DNA from: an uncultured delta proteobacterium
GTDB lineage: Bacteria > Myxococcota_A > Polyangia > Fen-1088
Reading direction: 5' to 3'
Assembly (NCBI GenBank): GCA_963755125.1
Contig: CAVWIP010000010.1
Span: forward strand, 128,001 to 192,000
Length of the DNA: 64,000 nt
The stretch's first letter is position 1, and every line of letters begins with the position of its first letter. Below the pieces are notes generated by a model. The model saw nothing but the letters and a program-made list of their open reading frames with translations. It made no database searches and had not been told where the DNA came from. A program made the translations under genes and the position numbers. Below are positions 34,239-44,326 of the stretch, in pieces.

Positions 34239-37200
34239 GTCGCGCCTCCGACCGTGAGCAACTCGTCGAGCATGGCCGTCATCTGCCCGTCCTCTTGGTG
34301 TTGCAAGGTGATGGTGCGCGCCGGACAGGCCGCCGCGCACGAGCCGCAACCCATGCAAGTGGCGCCCTGGATTTCCGCCTTCTTCAGGTCGTTGATCATA
34401 GGCGCGCCGTACGGGCACACCTTCACGCAGGTAGCGCAGGCCACGCAGCCTTCGGGATCGACCTTGGCCACCTGTCCCGCGATGTCGAGCTTGGCGCGCG
34501 AGAGAATGGTCGCGGCTCGGCCGGCCACTGCCTTGGCGTGCGCGATGGTTTCGTCGATGAAGCGCGGCGAGTGCGCCAGGCCAGCCAGGTATTCACCTTC
34601 GTTGGCCAGATCCACCGGGCGCAGCTTGGGATGCGCTTCGAGGAAGAAGCCGTCTGCAGTCAGCGTGGTGCGCATCAGACCCGAGAACACGGGATTGTCC
34701 GCGCCCGGCGCGATGCCAGTCGACAGCACCAGCCAATCAGGCTTGAGGTTCAGTTCGAGGCCAGTGCCAGCGTCGGTGACCTTGACCTGCAGGCCACCGG
34801 CGTCGCTGACCTGCGGCTCCTGGCCTTCGGCAAAGCGCACGAACAGAACGCCCGCTTCGCGCGCCTTCTGATAGTAAACCTCGCGGAAACCGTAGGTGCG
34901 GATATCGCGGTAAAGCACCACCACGCGCGCATTTGGTTTCTGGCGCTTCAATTCCAGCGCGTTTTTCACCGCCTCGGAGCAGCACACGCGGCTGCAATAG
35001 GGGTTTTTCTCGTTGCGGCTGTCCACGCACTGGATCATCACCACCTGGGGTTCGGCCGCCTGGGGTAGGCTGCCCTGGGCCAGCTTGTCTTCCAGTTGGC
35101 GTTGCGTGAGCACCGCCGGGTTCTTGCCGCAGAGGTAGGACTCGGTGGCGCGCTCGCTGCCGCCTGTGGCCAGCACCACCACGCCGTGATCCAGCGTCTT
35201 CTTGCTGCCGGCCTCTTCGATGACAGTGTGGAACTTGCCGACGTGGCCGGCGAACTCCACGACCTTGGTTTGGCGATGCACGGTGATCTTGGGGTGGCCT
35301 TCAACCTTGCGAACCAGCTCGGTCAGGAAGCCGGCCACATCCGAGCGCTCGAGGGTGTAGCGGATCTTGCGCAACTGGCCGCCCAGCTCCGCCTCCTTCT
35401 CGATCAAGTGCACTGCAAAGCCCTGGTCAGCCAGGCCCAGCGCCGCAGTCATGCCGGCCAGGCCGCCGCCCAGAACCAGCGCTGCCTGCGTGACCGCTTG
35501 CGAACCGGTTTCCAGTGCCTTGAGACGCCGCGCCCGGCCCACGGCCATGCGCATGAGATCGATCGCCTTGTCCGTGGCAGCCACGGGATCGTCGCGATGG
35601 ACCCACGAGCACTGATCGCGGATGTTGGTCATCGCGAACAGGTAGGGATTAAGAGCTGAGTCGCGCAGAGTTTCTTGGAAAAGAATCTCGTGCGTGCGCG
35701 GCGAGCAGGAAGCCACCACCAGGCGGTTCAACTTGTGCTCGCGGATCATGTCCTTGATGTGCTGCTGGTTGGTGTCCGAGCACGTGTACAGGCTCGCCTC
35801 GGCGTGCGCCACGCCCGGCATCTTGCCGGCGCGTTCCGCCACTTGCTTGACGTCCACCACGGACGCGATGTTGTGGCCGCAGTGGCAGATGAACACGCCC
35901 ACGCGCGGCTTCTCGTCGGTGACATCGCGTTCCCAGGGGTACTCTTGTCGCTGGATCAGGTTGCCTCGCACGGCCGCGAGGCTTTCCATGGCCAGGGCCG
36001 CGGCGCCGGTGGCTTGCGCCACTGACTCGGGAATGTCCTTGGGCTCCTGAAACGCGCCCGCTACAAAGATGCCAGGCCGCGAGGACGTCACCGGGGTCAT
36101 GCGATCGGTGCGGCAGAAGCCGAACTGGTCGAGTTCCAGCCCGAGGCGCTGGGCCAGTTCTCTCACGCCCGCGTTGGGCCGCAAACCGGCCGACAGGACC
36201 ACCAGATCGAATTCCGGCTTCTGCTCCTCGCCGTTGTCGTCGAAATAGCGCACGCGCAGGTTGTGGGTTTCCGGCATCTCGACCAGGCGCGACGGGATGG
36301 AGCGGATGAACTTCACCTTCTGCTCGTCGCGCGCTCGGTTCACGTACTGGTCGAACTCCTTGCCGAATGCTCGCACGTCCATGCAGAACACGGACACGTC
36401 CAGGCCAGGCACATGCTCGATGGCGACCATGGCTTCCTTGGCGGCGGCCATGCAGCAGATCGACGAGCAGTAGCCGTTGCCGCGCGCGGTGTCGCGCGAG
36501 CCCACGCACTGGATGAAAGCGATGCGCTTGGGGTGCTTGCCGTCCGAGGGTCGCAGCACGTCGCCGCTGGTCGGGCCGGCGGCGCTGAGCAGGCGCTCGA
36601 ACTGCACGTTGGACATCACGTTGCTGTAGCGACCGTGGCCGAATTCGCCGCGCAGAGCGGGATCGAATTCCTCGAAGCCAGGGGTGAGCAGGATGGCGCC
36701 GACATTCAGGGTCTCGGTGACCGGCTGCATGTCGTGCACGATGGCGCCTGCCGAGCAGGCCTTCACGCACTGGCCGCACTCGCTGCACAGGCCGCACGCC
36801 AGGCAGCGCTTGGCCTCGGCCACCGCATCCTCGTAGGTGTAGCCGACATCGATCTCGCCGAAGCCGCGCACGCGCTCCTCGGCACTCGCTTGCTTCATCT
36901 TGTGTCGCTCGACACGGGGCGCGTCCGTTTCAGGCGTGGGCGCCAGCTCCTCGGTCTTGGCCTCAACCGCGGCGCCTTTTTCGGCCAAGGTTCCGCGCAG
37001 GAAGCTGTCGATGGTGGTGGCCGCGCGATGGCCTTGCGCCATGGCATCGACCAGTGAGGCTGGTCCCAGCACCGCGTCCCCGCCGGCGAACACGCCGGGA
37101 ATGCTGGTCGCCAGCGTCTCGCGGTCAGAAACGATGCGACCGCCAGGGCCAGCAGTCAGCGGAGCCATGACCTCGATGCCCTGGCCGATGGTCACGATGA

Positions 37201-38716
37201 CCGTGTCGGCGTCCAGGTTGGTTACCTGCGCGTCGTCGAAGGTGGGAGCGAAGCGGCGGTTGTCGTCGAACACGCGCGTGCAGGCGCGGAACGCCACTCC
37301 CGAAACTTTTCCGTTCTGTGTGACGATCTTGGTGGGACCGAGGCTGGGGTGGAAAACCACACCTTCTTCCAACGCCTCGTTGGCTTCCCAGGAATGCGCG
37401 GGCATCTCCTCGCGCTTCTCCAGGCAGGCGAGATCGACGCTGGTGACACCGGGCAAGCGGCGCGCGCAGCGAGCGGCGTCCATTGCCACGTCGCCGCCGC
37501 CGATGACCAGCACCTTGGGTCCAATCGCCGGCTTGCGGCCCGCGTTCACTTCGCGCAGGAAGGTCAGGCCCGGCCACACTTCTTTGGAATCCTCGCCGGG
37601 CACGCCGAGCTTGCGGCTCACCCAGGCACCGGTGGCCACGAACACGGCGTCGAACTCGCCAGCTGGCTTGCCGACAGCCGCGCGGGTCTTCAACAGTTGC
37701 GTGGGATCGGCGACGCGAGTGCTGGTTCTGGCCTCGATGCCCATGTCGAGGATGTACTGGATCTCGTGATCGAGCACGTCGCCCGGCAGCCGGTAGCGGG
37801 GGATGCCGTAGCGGAGCATGCCACCCAGGAGCGGCATGGCGTCGAAGATGGTCACGCCGTAGCCCTTGCTGCGCAGGTCGGTCGCGGCGGTCAGGCCGGC
37901 CGGACCGCCGCCCACGACGGCGATGCGCTCCTTCTGCTGCATCTGCGGCGCAGGCGGAACGTCCTTCAATTCGTCGCGATGAGCATAGACGTAGTCGGCG
38001 GCAAAGCGCTTGAGGTCGCGCGCTGCCACTGGCTCGTCGATGTCGTTGCGGTTGCACTTGGTCTCGCAGGGGTGCTGGCACACCCGGCCGCACACCGCAG
38101 GCAAGGGACAGCGCTCGCGAACCACGTCGTAGGCTTCCTTGACCTTGCCCTGGGCCAGCAGCGCGACGTAGCCCTGCACGTTCACGCCGGCGGGGCAGGA
38201 CGCCTTGCACGGGGCGCGCCCAGCGGCCTTGGAAATGCCGTAGACATTGGGAATGGCCTGCGGATAGGGACGGAAGATTGCCTTGCGCGTGCCCAGCTCG
38301 CGATCGAACTCGCTGGGCAACGACACCGGGCAAGCGATGGAGCACTCACCGCAGGCGTTGCACTTCTTGAGGTCTACGTAGCGCGGCCGCTTGCGGATCT
38401 CGACCTGGAAGCGGCCTGGCTCGCCGCTGACCTTCTGGATGTCGGCCAGGGTGATGATCTCGACGTTCTTGTTGCGCGCGGCCTCGACCAGTTTGGGCGA
38501 GAGCGTACACATGGCGCAGTCGCCAGTGGGGAAGGTCTTGTCGAGCTGGGCCATCCTGCCGCCGATGGCGGGCGAGGACTCGAGCAAGTAGACCTTGAAG
38601 CCCGAGTTGGCCAGGTCGAGTGAGGACTGGATGCCGGCGATGCCTGCGCCAGCCACCAATACCGCACCGACCGGCTCGGCGGATTTTCCGTTGTTTGACT
38701 TTAACTGCTCGCTCAT
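34235..38716 (-). CDS. hdrA: Large HdrA-family (HdrL-type) flavoprotein with embedded GltD/NfnB-like module
   Basis: GAGIAG, LDKTFPTGDCAMC, two QCV.SR...CS..CC HdrA motifs, GVFICHCG.NI, SCSPRTHE, EAHPKLRPV; internal CGRVCQHPCE and GGGDVAMDAAR module. Confidence 0.92.
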   Translation of the reverse strand: MSEQLKSNNGKSAEPVGAVLVAGAGIAGIQSSLDLANSGFKVYLLESSPAIGGRMAQLDKTFPTGDCAMCTLSPKLVEAARNKNVEIITLADIQKVSGEPGRFQVEIRKRPRYVDLKKCNACGECSIACPVSLPSEFDRELGTRKAIFRPYPQAIPNVYGISKAAGRAPCKASCPAGVNVQGYVALLAQGKVKEAYDVVRERCPLPAVCGRVCQHPCETKCNRNDIDEPVAARDLKRFAADYVYAHRDELKDVPPAPQMQQKERIAVVGGGPAGLTAATDLRSKGYGVTIFDAMPLLGGMLRYGIPRYRLPGDVLDHEIQYILDMGIEARTSTRVADPTQLLKTRAAVGKPAGEFDAVFVATGAWVSRKLGVPGEDSKEVWPGLTFLREVNAGRKPAIGPKVLVIGGGDVAMDAARCARRLPGVTSVDLACLEKREEMPAHSWEANEALEEGVVFHPSLGPTKIVTQNGKVSGVAFRACTRVFDDNRRFAPTFDDAQVTNLDADTVIVTIGQGIEVMAPLTAGPGGRIVSDRETLATSIPGVFAGGDAVLGPASLVDAMAQGHRAATTIDSFLRGTLAEKGAAVEAKTEELAPTPETDAPRVERHKMKQASAEERVRGFGEIDVGYTYEDAVAEAKRCLACGLCSECGQCVKACSAGAIVHDMQPVTETLNVGAILLTPGFEEFDPALRGEFGHGRYSNVMSNVQFERLLSAAGPTSGDVLRPSDGKHPKRIAFIQCVGSRDTARGNGYCSSICCMAAAKEAMVAIEHVPGLDVSVFCMDVRAFGKEFDQYVNRARDEQKVKFIRSIPSRLVEMPETHNLRVRYFDDNGEEQKPEFDLVVLSAGLRPNAGVRELAQRLGLELDQFGFCRTDRMTPVTSSRPGIFVAGAFQEPKDIPESVAQATGAAALAMESLAAVRGNLIQRQEYPWERDVTDEKPRVGVFICHCGHNIASVVDVKQVAERAGKMPGVAHAEASLYTCSDTNQQHIKDMIREHKLNRLVVASCSPRTHEILFQETLRDSALNPYLFAMTNIRDQCSWVHRDDPVAATDKAIDLMRMAVGRARRLKALETGSQAVTQAALVLGGGLAGMTAALGLADQGFAVHLIEKEAELGGQLRKIRYTLERSDVAGFLTELVRKVEGHPKITVHRQTKVVEFAGHVGKFHTVIEEAGSKKTLDHGVVVLATGGSERATESYLCGKNPAVLTQRQLEDKLAQGSLPQAAEPQVVMIQCVDSRNEKNPYCSRVCCSEAVKNALELKRQKPNARVVVLYRDIRTYGFREVYYQKAREAGVLFVRFAEGQEPQVSDAGGLQVKVTDAGTGLELNLKPDWLVLSTGIAPGADNPVFSGLMRTTLTADGFFLEAHPKLRPVDLANEGEYLAGLAHSPRFIDETIAHAKAVAGRAATILSRAKLDIAGQVAKVDPEGCVACATCVKVCPYGAPMINDLKKAEIQGATCMGCGSCAAACPARTITLQHQEDGQMTAMLDELLTVGGAT

Positions 38717-38725
38717 GGTCGTGCC

Positions 38726-39592
38726 CTAGGCGGGGATGCCTCGGTCAGCTAGCAACTTGCTGGGGCTGACCACCAGGCTGCGCAGCCCGAGTTTCTTGCG
38801 GGGGATCCCGAAGGCCAGGCCGAGAAGCTGGGTGAAGTAGAAAACCGGGAGGCCGAAGTGTTCGCCCGCCTCTTTTTCCGTGTCCTTCTGTCGCAGATCC
38901 AGGTTGAGCTGGCACAGCGGACAGGCGGTGGCGATGCAATCCGCGCCCACGGCCTTGGCCATGACCAGAATCTCGCGCGTAAGTCGTCGCACCACGCTGG
39001 CGTCGGTGATGGAATAGCCGGCGCCGCAGCACTCGGTCTTGTGCGGCCAGGTCACGACGGTGGCGCCCGCGGCCTGTAGGACCTTGTCCATCAGGGTCGG
39101 ATTCTCGGGATCGTCGAACTTGGTCACTTCCGGTGGCCGCGCCAGCAGGCAGCCGTAATACGGCACCACCTTGAGGCCGCGCAACGGATGCTTCACTTGA
39201 GCCGCTATCTTGGTCATGCCCACGTCGCGCGCCAGGATCTCGAGCAGGTGCAGCACCTGGGTCTGGCCGTCGTAGTCCGCGCCCAGGACAGCCCCCACCT
39301 GTCTTCGCGCTTCGCTGTCGCGGGTAATGTGATGGTTGGCGGTCTTCAGCCGGTTGTAACAGGCGGCACAGCCCACAGCGACGGTCGTGCCCGCGGCCGC
39401 GAGCAGGTTCTTGGCTGGCAAGGCCAGGGCCAGCAGCGGATCCGACTGGTGGGCCGCAGTGGAGCCGCAGCAGGTCCAGCCCGGAACTTCCGGCATCTGC
39501 AGGCCCAGGGTCTGGCTGATGGCCAGGGTGGAAGACTGATAGTCGTGGGCGGTCCCTTCCATGGAACAACCCGGGAAGAAAGCATAACTCAC
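38726..39592 (-). CDS. hdrB: Heterodisulfide reductase subunit B
   Basis: FFPGCS, WTCCG, YYGCLL.RP, TECCG, ACPLCQLNLD. Confidence 0.93.
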   Translation of the reverse strand: MSYAFFPGCSMEGTAHDYQSSTLAISQTLGLQMPEVPGWTCCGSTAAHQSDPLLALALPAKNLLAAAGTTVAVGCAACYNRLKTANHHITRDSEARRQVGAVLGADYDGQTQVLHLLEILARDVGMTKIAAQVKHPLRGLKVVPYYGCLLARPPEVTKFDDPENPTLMDKVLQAAGATVVTWPHKTECCGAGYSITDASVVRRLTREILVMAKAVGADCIATACPLCQLNLDLRQKDTEKEAGEHFGLPVFYFTQLLGLAFGIPRKKLGLRSLVVSPSKLLADRGIPA

Positions 39593-40158
39593 GAGCGACC
39601 TCCGTCCATGTCACGCACGCGGCGGAAGAGTTCTTCACGCTCTTTGCGCCCCTTCACCTTGCCCGACCACAGCGGCATCTTGCCCTTCCACAACATCATG
39701 GGCAGCTTGCCCATGTCGGAGAAGAGCTGCAGGGTGCGCAGCTTGAACGAGGCCATGAGCCCGGCCTCGAACATGCGGCCGCGTTTCTTCACCGTGCGCA
39801 GGAAGATATCGTTGAAGGCCGGCACGGTGGTCTTGCCATGCACCTGGCTCACGCGCCGGCTCATGCGGCGAAGCGCATCGTTGAGCGACGCGATGTCCAC
39901 CTGCTGCGGGCAACGGGTGACGCAGGTCTGGCACGAGGTGCACTCCCAGATCATGCGACTGCCGAGCAACTCATCTTTCAGACCAAGCTGGGCCAGCCGC
40001 ACCAGCGCGTGCGGCTTGATGTCCGCCCAGGCAGCGACCGGGCAGCCCGACGTGCACTTCTTGCACTGCAGGCAGGCCGACAGATTTCCTTGGCTCTCCT
40101 TGGAAACTTCCGCGAAGAAGCCGCCGCTTGGAAGAGCCGTGACAGCAGGCGCGTTCAT
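39589..40158 (-). CDS. hdrC: Heterodisulfide reductase subunit C
   Basis: CLQCKKCTSGCP and WECTSCQTCVTRCP. Confidence 0.92.
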   Translation of the reverse strand: MNAPAVTALPSGGFFAEVSKESQGNLSACLQCKKCTSGCPVAAWADIKPHALVRLAQLGLKDELLGSRMIWECTSCQTCVTRCPQQVDIASLNDALRRMSRRVSQVHGKTTVPAFNDIFLRTVKKRGRMFEAGLMASFKLRTLQLFSDMGKLPMMLWKGKMPLWSGKVKGRKEREELFRRVRDMDGGRS

Positions 40159-42767
40159 TTCTTCTTCTCCGTGGCAGACGCCAGCACCGCGAGCGACACC
40201 GCGCTGACCTTGCGATAGACCTCAGCGGGCGACAGCAACTTGCCGTCCACGGTCAGAAGCTCGTCGATGGATATGCCAAACAGGTGCTCATTCTCCTGCA
40301 GATAGGGCCGCATCACTCGCCAGTCGGCGTCGGTGACCGGGCCGAACACACCGCCGTTGAGCTGTTGTTCCACGACCTTCTTGTGCGGGTCGCGGATGTA
40401 TATGGCGCCGCCCGAGGCCAGCGAGAAGAGATTGCTGCCCGGGTAGGGTGCCGCCAGCGGAACCAGCTTGCCACGGCGGTCGAATTCCACGCCGTTGACG
40501 ATGACGAAGCCGCCGCCGTTGAGTGGATCGCCGGCCATGAACGACTCGGCCAAGAAATCGAGACAGGTGCCGTTGATCACCACACGCGGTCGTCCCACGG
40601 CATTAATGAGAGGCCGGCCGGCGCCGTTGCCCATCACGTACACTTCGCCGCCTTTGCCGCCGTACATGAAGGTCTGGCCCACGTCGCCGAAGATCACCAG
40701 CTTGCCCCGCTTGGCGATCTGGCCGACTTGATCCTGGGCGTTGCCGTGCACGCGGATCTCCTCGCCGTCCATGCCGGAGGCCAGGTAGTCACCGCTAGAG
40801 CCGTAGGTGTCGATGCGCACGCCCTCGGTGCCAGGGCCCAGTCCCACGCCGGTGAAGCGCTGGCCGCGCAGGCGGTACACGATGAAGCGACGCCAGCCGG
40901 CCTGGAAGGCGCGGCGCAGATACACGGCATCGCAGTCATCGCCCTCGGGCGGGAATTTCTCGGCGTCGATGAGCAGGACTTCCTCGCCGGCCTGCGGGGC
41001 CACGATCGTTGCGCGACTGTCCCAGTTTAGGCGCCGGAAACTGCCTTCGCCGGGCTGACCCAAAAGCGGGCTGGCATCGAACAGGCGCATGAGCGTCTCT
41101 TCCAGCACAGGCAGCACGGTGCTGCGCCGCTTGTCGCCGGTGTCGAAGCGCCGGTCGTAGAGCAGGGTCAAAGCCTCGATGGCCGTGGCCTTGCTGCGGC
41201 CGTTGTCGCAGGACTCGACGATGCGATCGCAGAAGTCGCGCAGCCCGCTGGCCGGCCAGCCAGGCAAGTTCTGCACCACGTGGGTGAAAAGATCCTGGGC
41301 GCGACCCTGCTTGAGTGCTTCCAGCACCGCCTTGCGCGTGCCCGCTGCCGCGATCTCGCTGGGTGTTTCGCGCTTGACCTGGTCGCAGCGCACGTTGCCC
41401 ACGTCCAGCTTGACCTGACGGCCGAACTTGTCGGCGCAGCTCAGTTTCTTCTTGCCGTTCTCGTCGTTGATGGTGAAGACGAACGTGCCGCCGTCGCTGC
41501 TGCTGCCGCCGCGCGCGTTCCAGTACTTGTCGGCGACCGGACAGAAACGAGGATCCTCGCGCGCCAGGCTGCGCAGGGTGGCGTCGATGGCCTGCTTCTC
41601 CGAGCAGATGAGGCCGATTTGCACGTCGCCGCTGTCGGCCAGGGCGAACACCTGCGGCCGCAACATCGCCGTGTCGGTGATGCCGAGCAGCTGCATGCGC
41701 TTCTGGTCGGGGTGGTTGCGTGCGATGATGAAGAACCAGGGACCGTCAGGCGAGGCGTGGATGTGGGTCGCCTGGATCTGGCGGTAGATCTGCTGCTTCT
41801 CCGGCGAGAGCTGGTCGAAATCCAGCTCGGCGGTCGGGGCCAGCGCCTCGATGATGTATTCCAGCGGGTACTTGTAAACGCGGTCCCACAGATCGAAGAG
41901 CTGCACTGACACCTCGGTGTCGGTGAGGAACTGCTGCTTGATGTTGCGCTGGCGCAGGTACTCGCACACCGAATGGTAGTTGGCGAAGTCGCCGTTGTGC
42001 ACCAGCGCCTCGTTCAGCCCCACGAACGGGTGCGCGCCACCCGGGTGCCACACGCGGCCTTTTGTGGGGTAGCGCTGGTGGGCAATCCAGACGTGAGCGC
42101 GGAAATCTTGCAGCTTGTAGTATTCGACGTTCTGCTCGGCGTAGCCCACGATCTTGAAGACAAGCTGATCGCGTCCATGCGACAACACGAAGGCGCGCTT
42201 GTCGCCGAGCGAGGCGTAGAACGTGTCGTTGAGGCGATAGGAATTGCGCCACACGAACTCGTCTTCCAGTTCGCGCGGGGAGAGCGCCTGCAGCCCAGTG
42301 GATTCGGCGAACGCCTTCAATACCGCCGGCTTGACCCGCACCACGTAGCGGTGCACGTCGGGCGGCCGCACCGTGAGGCCTGGGATGTCGCGGTGATCGT
42401 CGATGTGATCCTGTCGCGTGGACAGCGCCACGTCGAAGTTGGGCAGGATGAACTGCTTCTCCAGCTCGGGGTGCACCGTCGCATCGAGCAGCGCGAGTTG
42501 GACGAGGTAGTGCGAATCCAGCACCTCGCGCGACACGCCGATCTGCTCCGGCACCAGGCCAGTGGCCGCGATGCCGCCGCCCTTGCCATTGCCACGGTTC
42601 TGCATCTGGATGGACGGCTCGTAGATGAACTTGCCGCGCACCGGGATGTTGCAGGCGAACCCGGTGACGCCGCAGCCTCCCTCTTCGGCGCGCTCGCCTT
42701 CGACCGGCTCCTCGTCGCGATAAACCTGGCTGCGCGTGGCCAGTAGGAGATCCGCTTGGTCGCTCAT
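40155..42767 (-). CDS. Glutamate synthase-like glutamine amidotransferase (GltB1) fused to GXGXG beta-helix (GltB3)
   Basis: GGCGVTG (Ntn Cys), HQRYPT, AHPF, HNGDFANY, TDTE, LRP; C-terminal GQRFTG, GSSGDYLASG, GQTFMYGGKGG, ASGG. Confidence 0.88.
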   Translation of the reverse strand: MSDQADLLLATRSQVYRDEEPVEGERAEEGGCGVTGFACNIPVRGKFIYEPSIQMQNRGNGKGGGIAATGLVPEQIGVSREVLDSHYLVQLALLDATVHPELEKQFILPNFDVALSTRQDHIDDHRDIPGLTVRPPDVHRYVVRVKPAVLKAFAESTGLQALSPRELEDEFVWRNSYRLNDTFYASLGDKRAFVLSHGRDQLVFKIVGYAEQNVEYYKLQDFRAHVWIAHQRYPTKGRVWHPGGAHPFVGLNEALVHNGDFANYHSVCEYLRQRNIKQQFLTDTEVSVQLFDLWDRVYKYPLEYIIEALAPTAELDFDQLSPEKQQIYRQIQATHIHASPDGPWFFIIARNHPDQKRMQLLGITDTAMLRPQVFALADSGDVQIGLICSEKQAIDATLRSLAREDPRFCPVADKYWNARGGSSSDGGTFVFTINDENGKKKLSCADKFGRQVKLDVGNVRCDQVKRETPSEIAAAGTRKAVLEALKQGRAQDLFTHVVQNLPGWPASGLRDFCDRIVESCDNGRSKATAIEALTLLYDRRFDTGDKRRSTVLPVLEETLMRLFDASPLLGQPGEGSFRRLNWDSRATIVAPQAGEEVLLIDAEKFPPEGDDCDAVYLRRAFQAGWRRFIVYRLRGQRFTGVGLGPGTEGVRIDTYGSSGDYLASGMDGEEIRVHGNAQDQVGQIAKRGKLVIFGDVGQTFMYGGKGGEVYVMGNGAGRPLINAVGRPRVVINGTCLDFLAESFMAGDPLNGGGFVIVNGVEFDRRGKLVPLAAPYPGSNLFSLASGGAIYIRDPHKKVVEQQLNGGVFGPVTDADWRVMRPYLQENEHLFGISIDELLTVDGKLLSPAEVYRKVSAVSLAVLASATEKKK

Positions 42768-44326
42768 AGCGCAGCCTCCTCCCGGGCGTAGGTCAACAGA
42801 TCACTACGGCCGCGCAGATCCTTCACGCTGGAAACTCCCAGGCGCACCATGATGTCGACCATGCGCTCGCGCCAGGCGTGCATGAGATTGATCAGCCGCT
42901 GCGTAGCCCACTCCAAGCTCATCAGCATCATCAGTTCGGGGTCCGTGCTCGCGATGCCGCGCGGGCAGCCGCGGCCGCTCTCGCAGCAGGCGCAGCGCAC
43001 ACAGCCCAAGGCCACCATGTCGGCGGTACCGATGACCACGCCATCCGCACCTAGCGCGACGGCTTTCATCACGTCGTCGGCGGTACGCAAGCCGCCGCTG
43101 ACGATCAAGGTGACCGAGTCGCGGATGCCTTCAGCGACCAGAAACTTGTGCACCTTCGCGATGGCGTACTCGATGGGCATCGCGATGTTCTTCTTGGCGA
43201 TGTCGGGCGCTGCACCGGTGCCGCCATAGCTGCCGTCCAGGTGAATGATGTGCGCGCCGGCGTAGTAGCTGCCCACCGCCACCATGTCCACGTCGGTGGG
43301 GGTGGACACCTTGACCGAAACCAGGGCGCGCGAGTTGACCTCTTTGATCCAGTCGAGGTGCTTCTTGTGGTCTTCCACGCTGTACACGCTGTGGAACGGG
43401 AAGGGCGAGAACAGCGCGTTGCCGGCGATGGCCTCGCGCATGCGCGCCACCGCGGGCGTGTTCTTGTCGCCCAGGAGGTGGCCGCCCAGACCGGGCTTGG
43501 CGCCCTGGGCGTACTTGAATTCGACGATGCGCACCCGCTGGATGGTGTCCTCGCGCACGCCGAACAGGCCAGTCGCCACCTGGGTGATGACGTGTTCGTC
43601 GTAGGGCTTGAGCCGGTCGGGATAGCCGCCCTCGCCGGTGCAGGTGAAGCTGTTCCACGCCGTGGCCGAGCGGGCCTTGGCCACGATGGTGTGGATGCTG
43701 ACCGAGCCGAACGACATGCCGCCGCCATAGACCGGAATATCGATGTTGACCTGCGGCCGGCCGTCGTTGCGGCGGTTGAGCGCCAGCGTGGTGTCGACCT
43801 TGGCAGGGTCGACCTTGGTCGGCGCGGCGGGGAAGTTGAAGTCCATGCGATCGAAGCCGCCGCCCGAAGCGCCGTGCCGGTACTCGAGCCCGGAGGTGGG
43901 CACGTGGCCAGTGGCGGCCATGTGCCAGGTGGACAGAATCAGATCCGCGGTCCAGCGCGGATCGCCCATGGCATCCACACTGGGGTTGCGCATCAGCGTG
44001 AGCGCCTTCTGCTTGCACTTGGCCACGCAGAAGTGGTCGGTCTTGGCGCAGTCCGGACCGATGCACAGGTGATCGAGCGGTCGCAGGGTGAAGGTGTAGC
44101 CGTCGGGCTTCACGTGCACGCCCTGCGGGCACAGCTTGGCGCACTCGCCGCAGGCGACGCAGTCGGCCGAGCGGTTGATCTTGTACTTGCCCAGGGCATT
44201 GCGGTAGCGGTCGGGCGCGGGTCGCACCTCCCGGCTGACCGTGAACTCCGACTCAGTGTCCGCAGGAGCGGACTGGGTCGGAGCTGCCGCGGGCTCGGCT
44301 TTGGAGTTAGCGAGAGAGAAGGTCAC
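42764..44326 (-). CDS. Glutamate synthase FMN-binding subunit (GltB2) with N-terminal ferredoxin motif
   Basis: CVACGECAKLCP; GMSFGS, TGEGG, QVATGLFGV, EFKYAQGAKPGLGGHL, GGTGAAP, SGGLR, CVRCACC..GRGCPRGI; GTG start chosen for GGGAGG RBS (ORF extends to 44344). Confidence 0.9.
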   Translation of the reverse strand: MTFSLANSKAEPAAAPTQSAPADTESEFTVSREVRPAPDRYRNALGKYKINRSADCVACGECAKLCPQGVHVKPDGYTFTLRPLDHLCIGPDCAKTDHFCVAKCKQKALTLMRNPSVDAMGDPRWTADLILSTWHMAATGHVPTSGLEYRHGASGGGFDRMDFNFPAAPTKVDPAKVDTTLALNRRNDGRPQVNIDIPVYGGGMSFGSVSIHTIVAKARSATAWNSFTCTGEGGYPDRLKPYDEHVITQVATGLFGVREDTIQRVRIVEFKYAQGAKPGLGGHLLGDKNTPAVARMREAIAGNALFSPFPFHSVYSVEDHKKHLDWIKEVNSRALVSVKVSTPTDVDMVAVGSYYAGAHIIHLDGSYGGTGAAPDIAKKNIAMPIEYAIAKVHKFLVAEGIRDSVTLIVSGGLRTADDVMKAVALGADGVVIGTADMVALGCVRCACCESGRGCPRGIASTDPELMMLMSLEWATQRLINLMHAWRERMVDIMVRLGVSSVKDLRGRSDLLTYAREEAAL

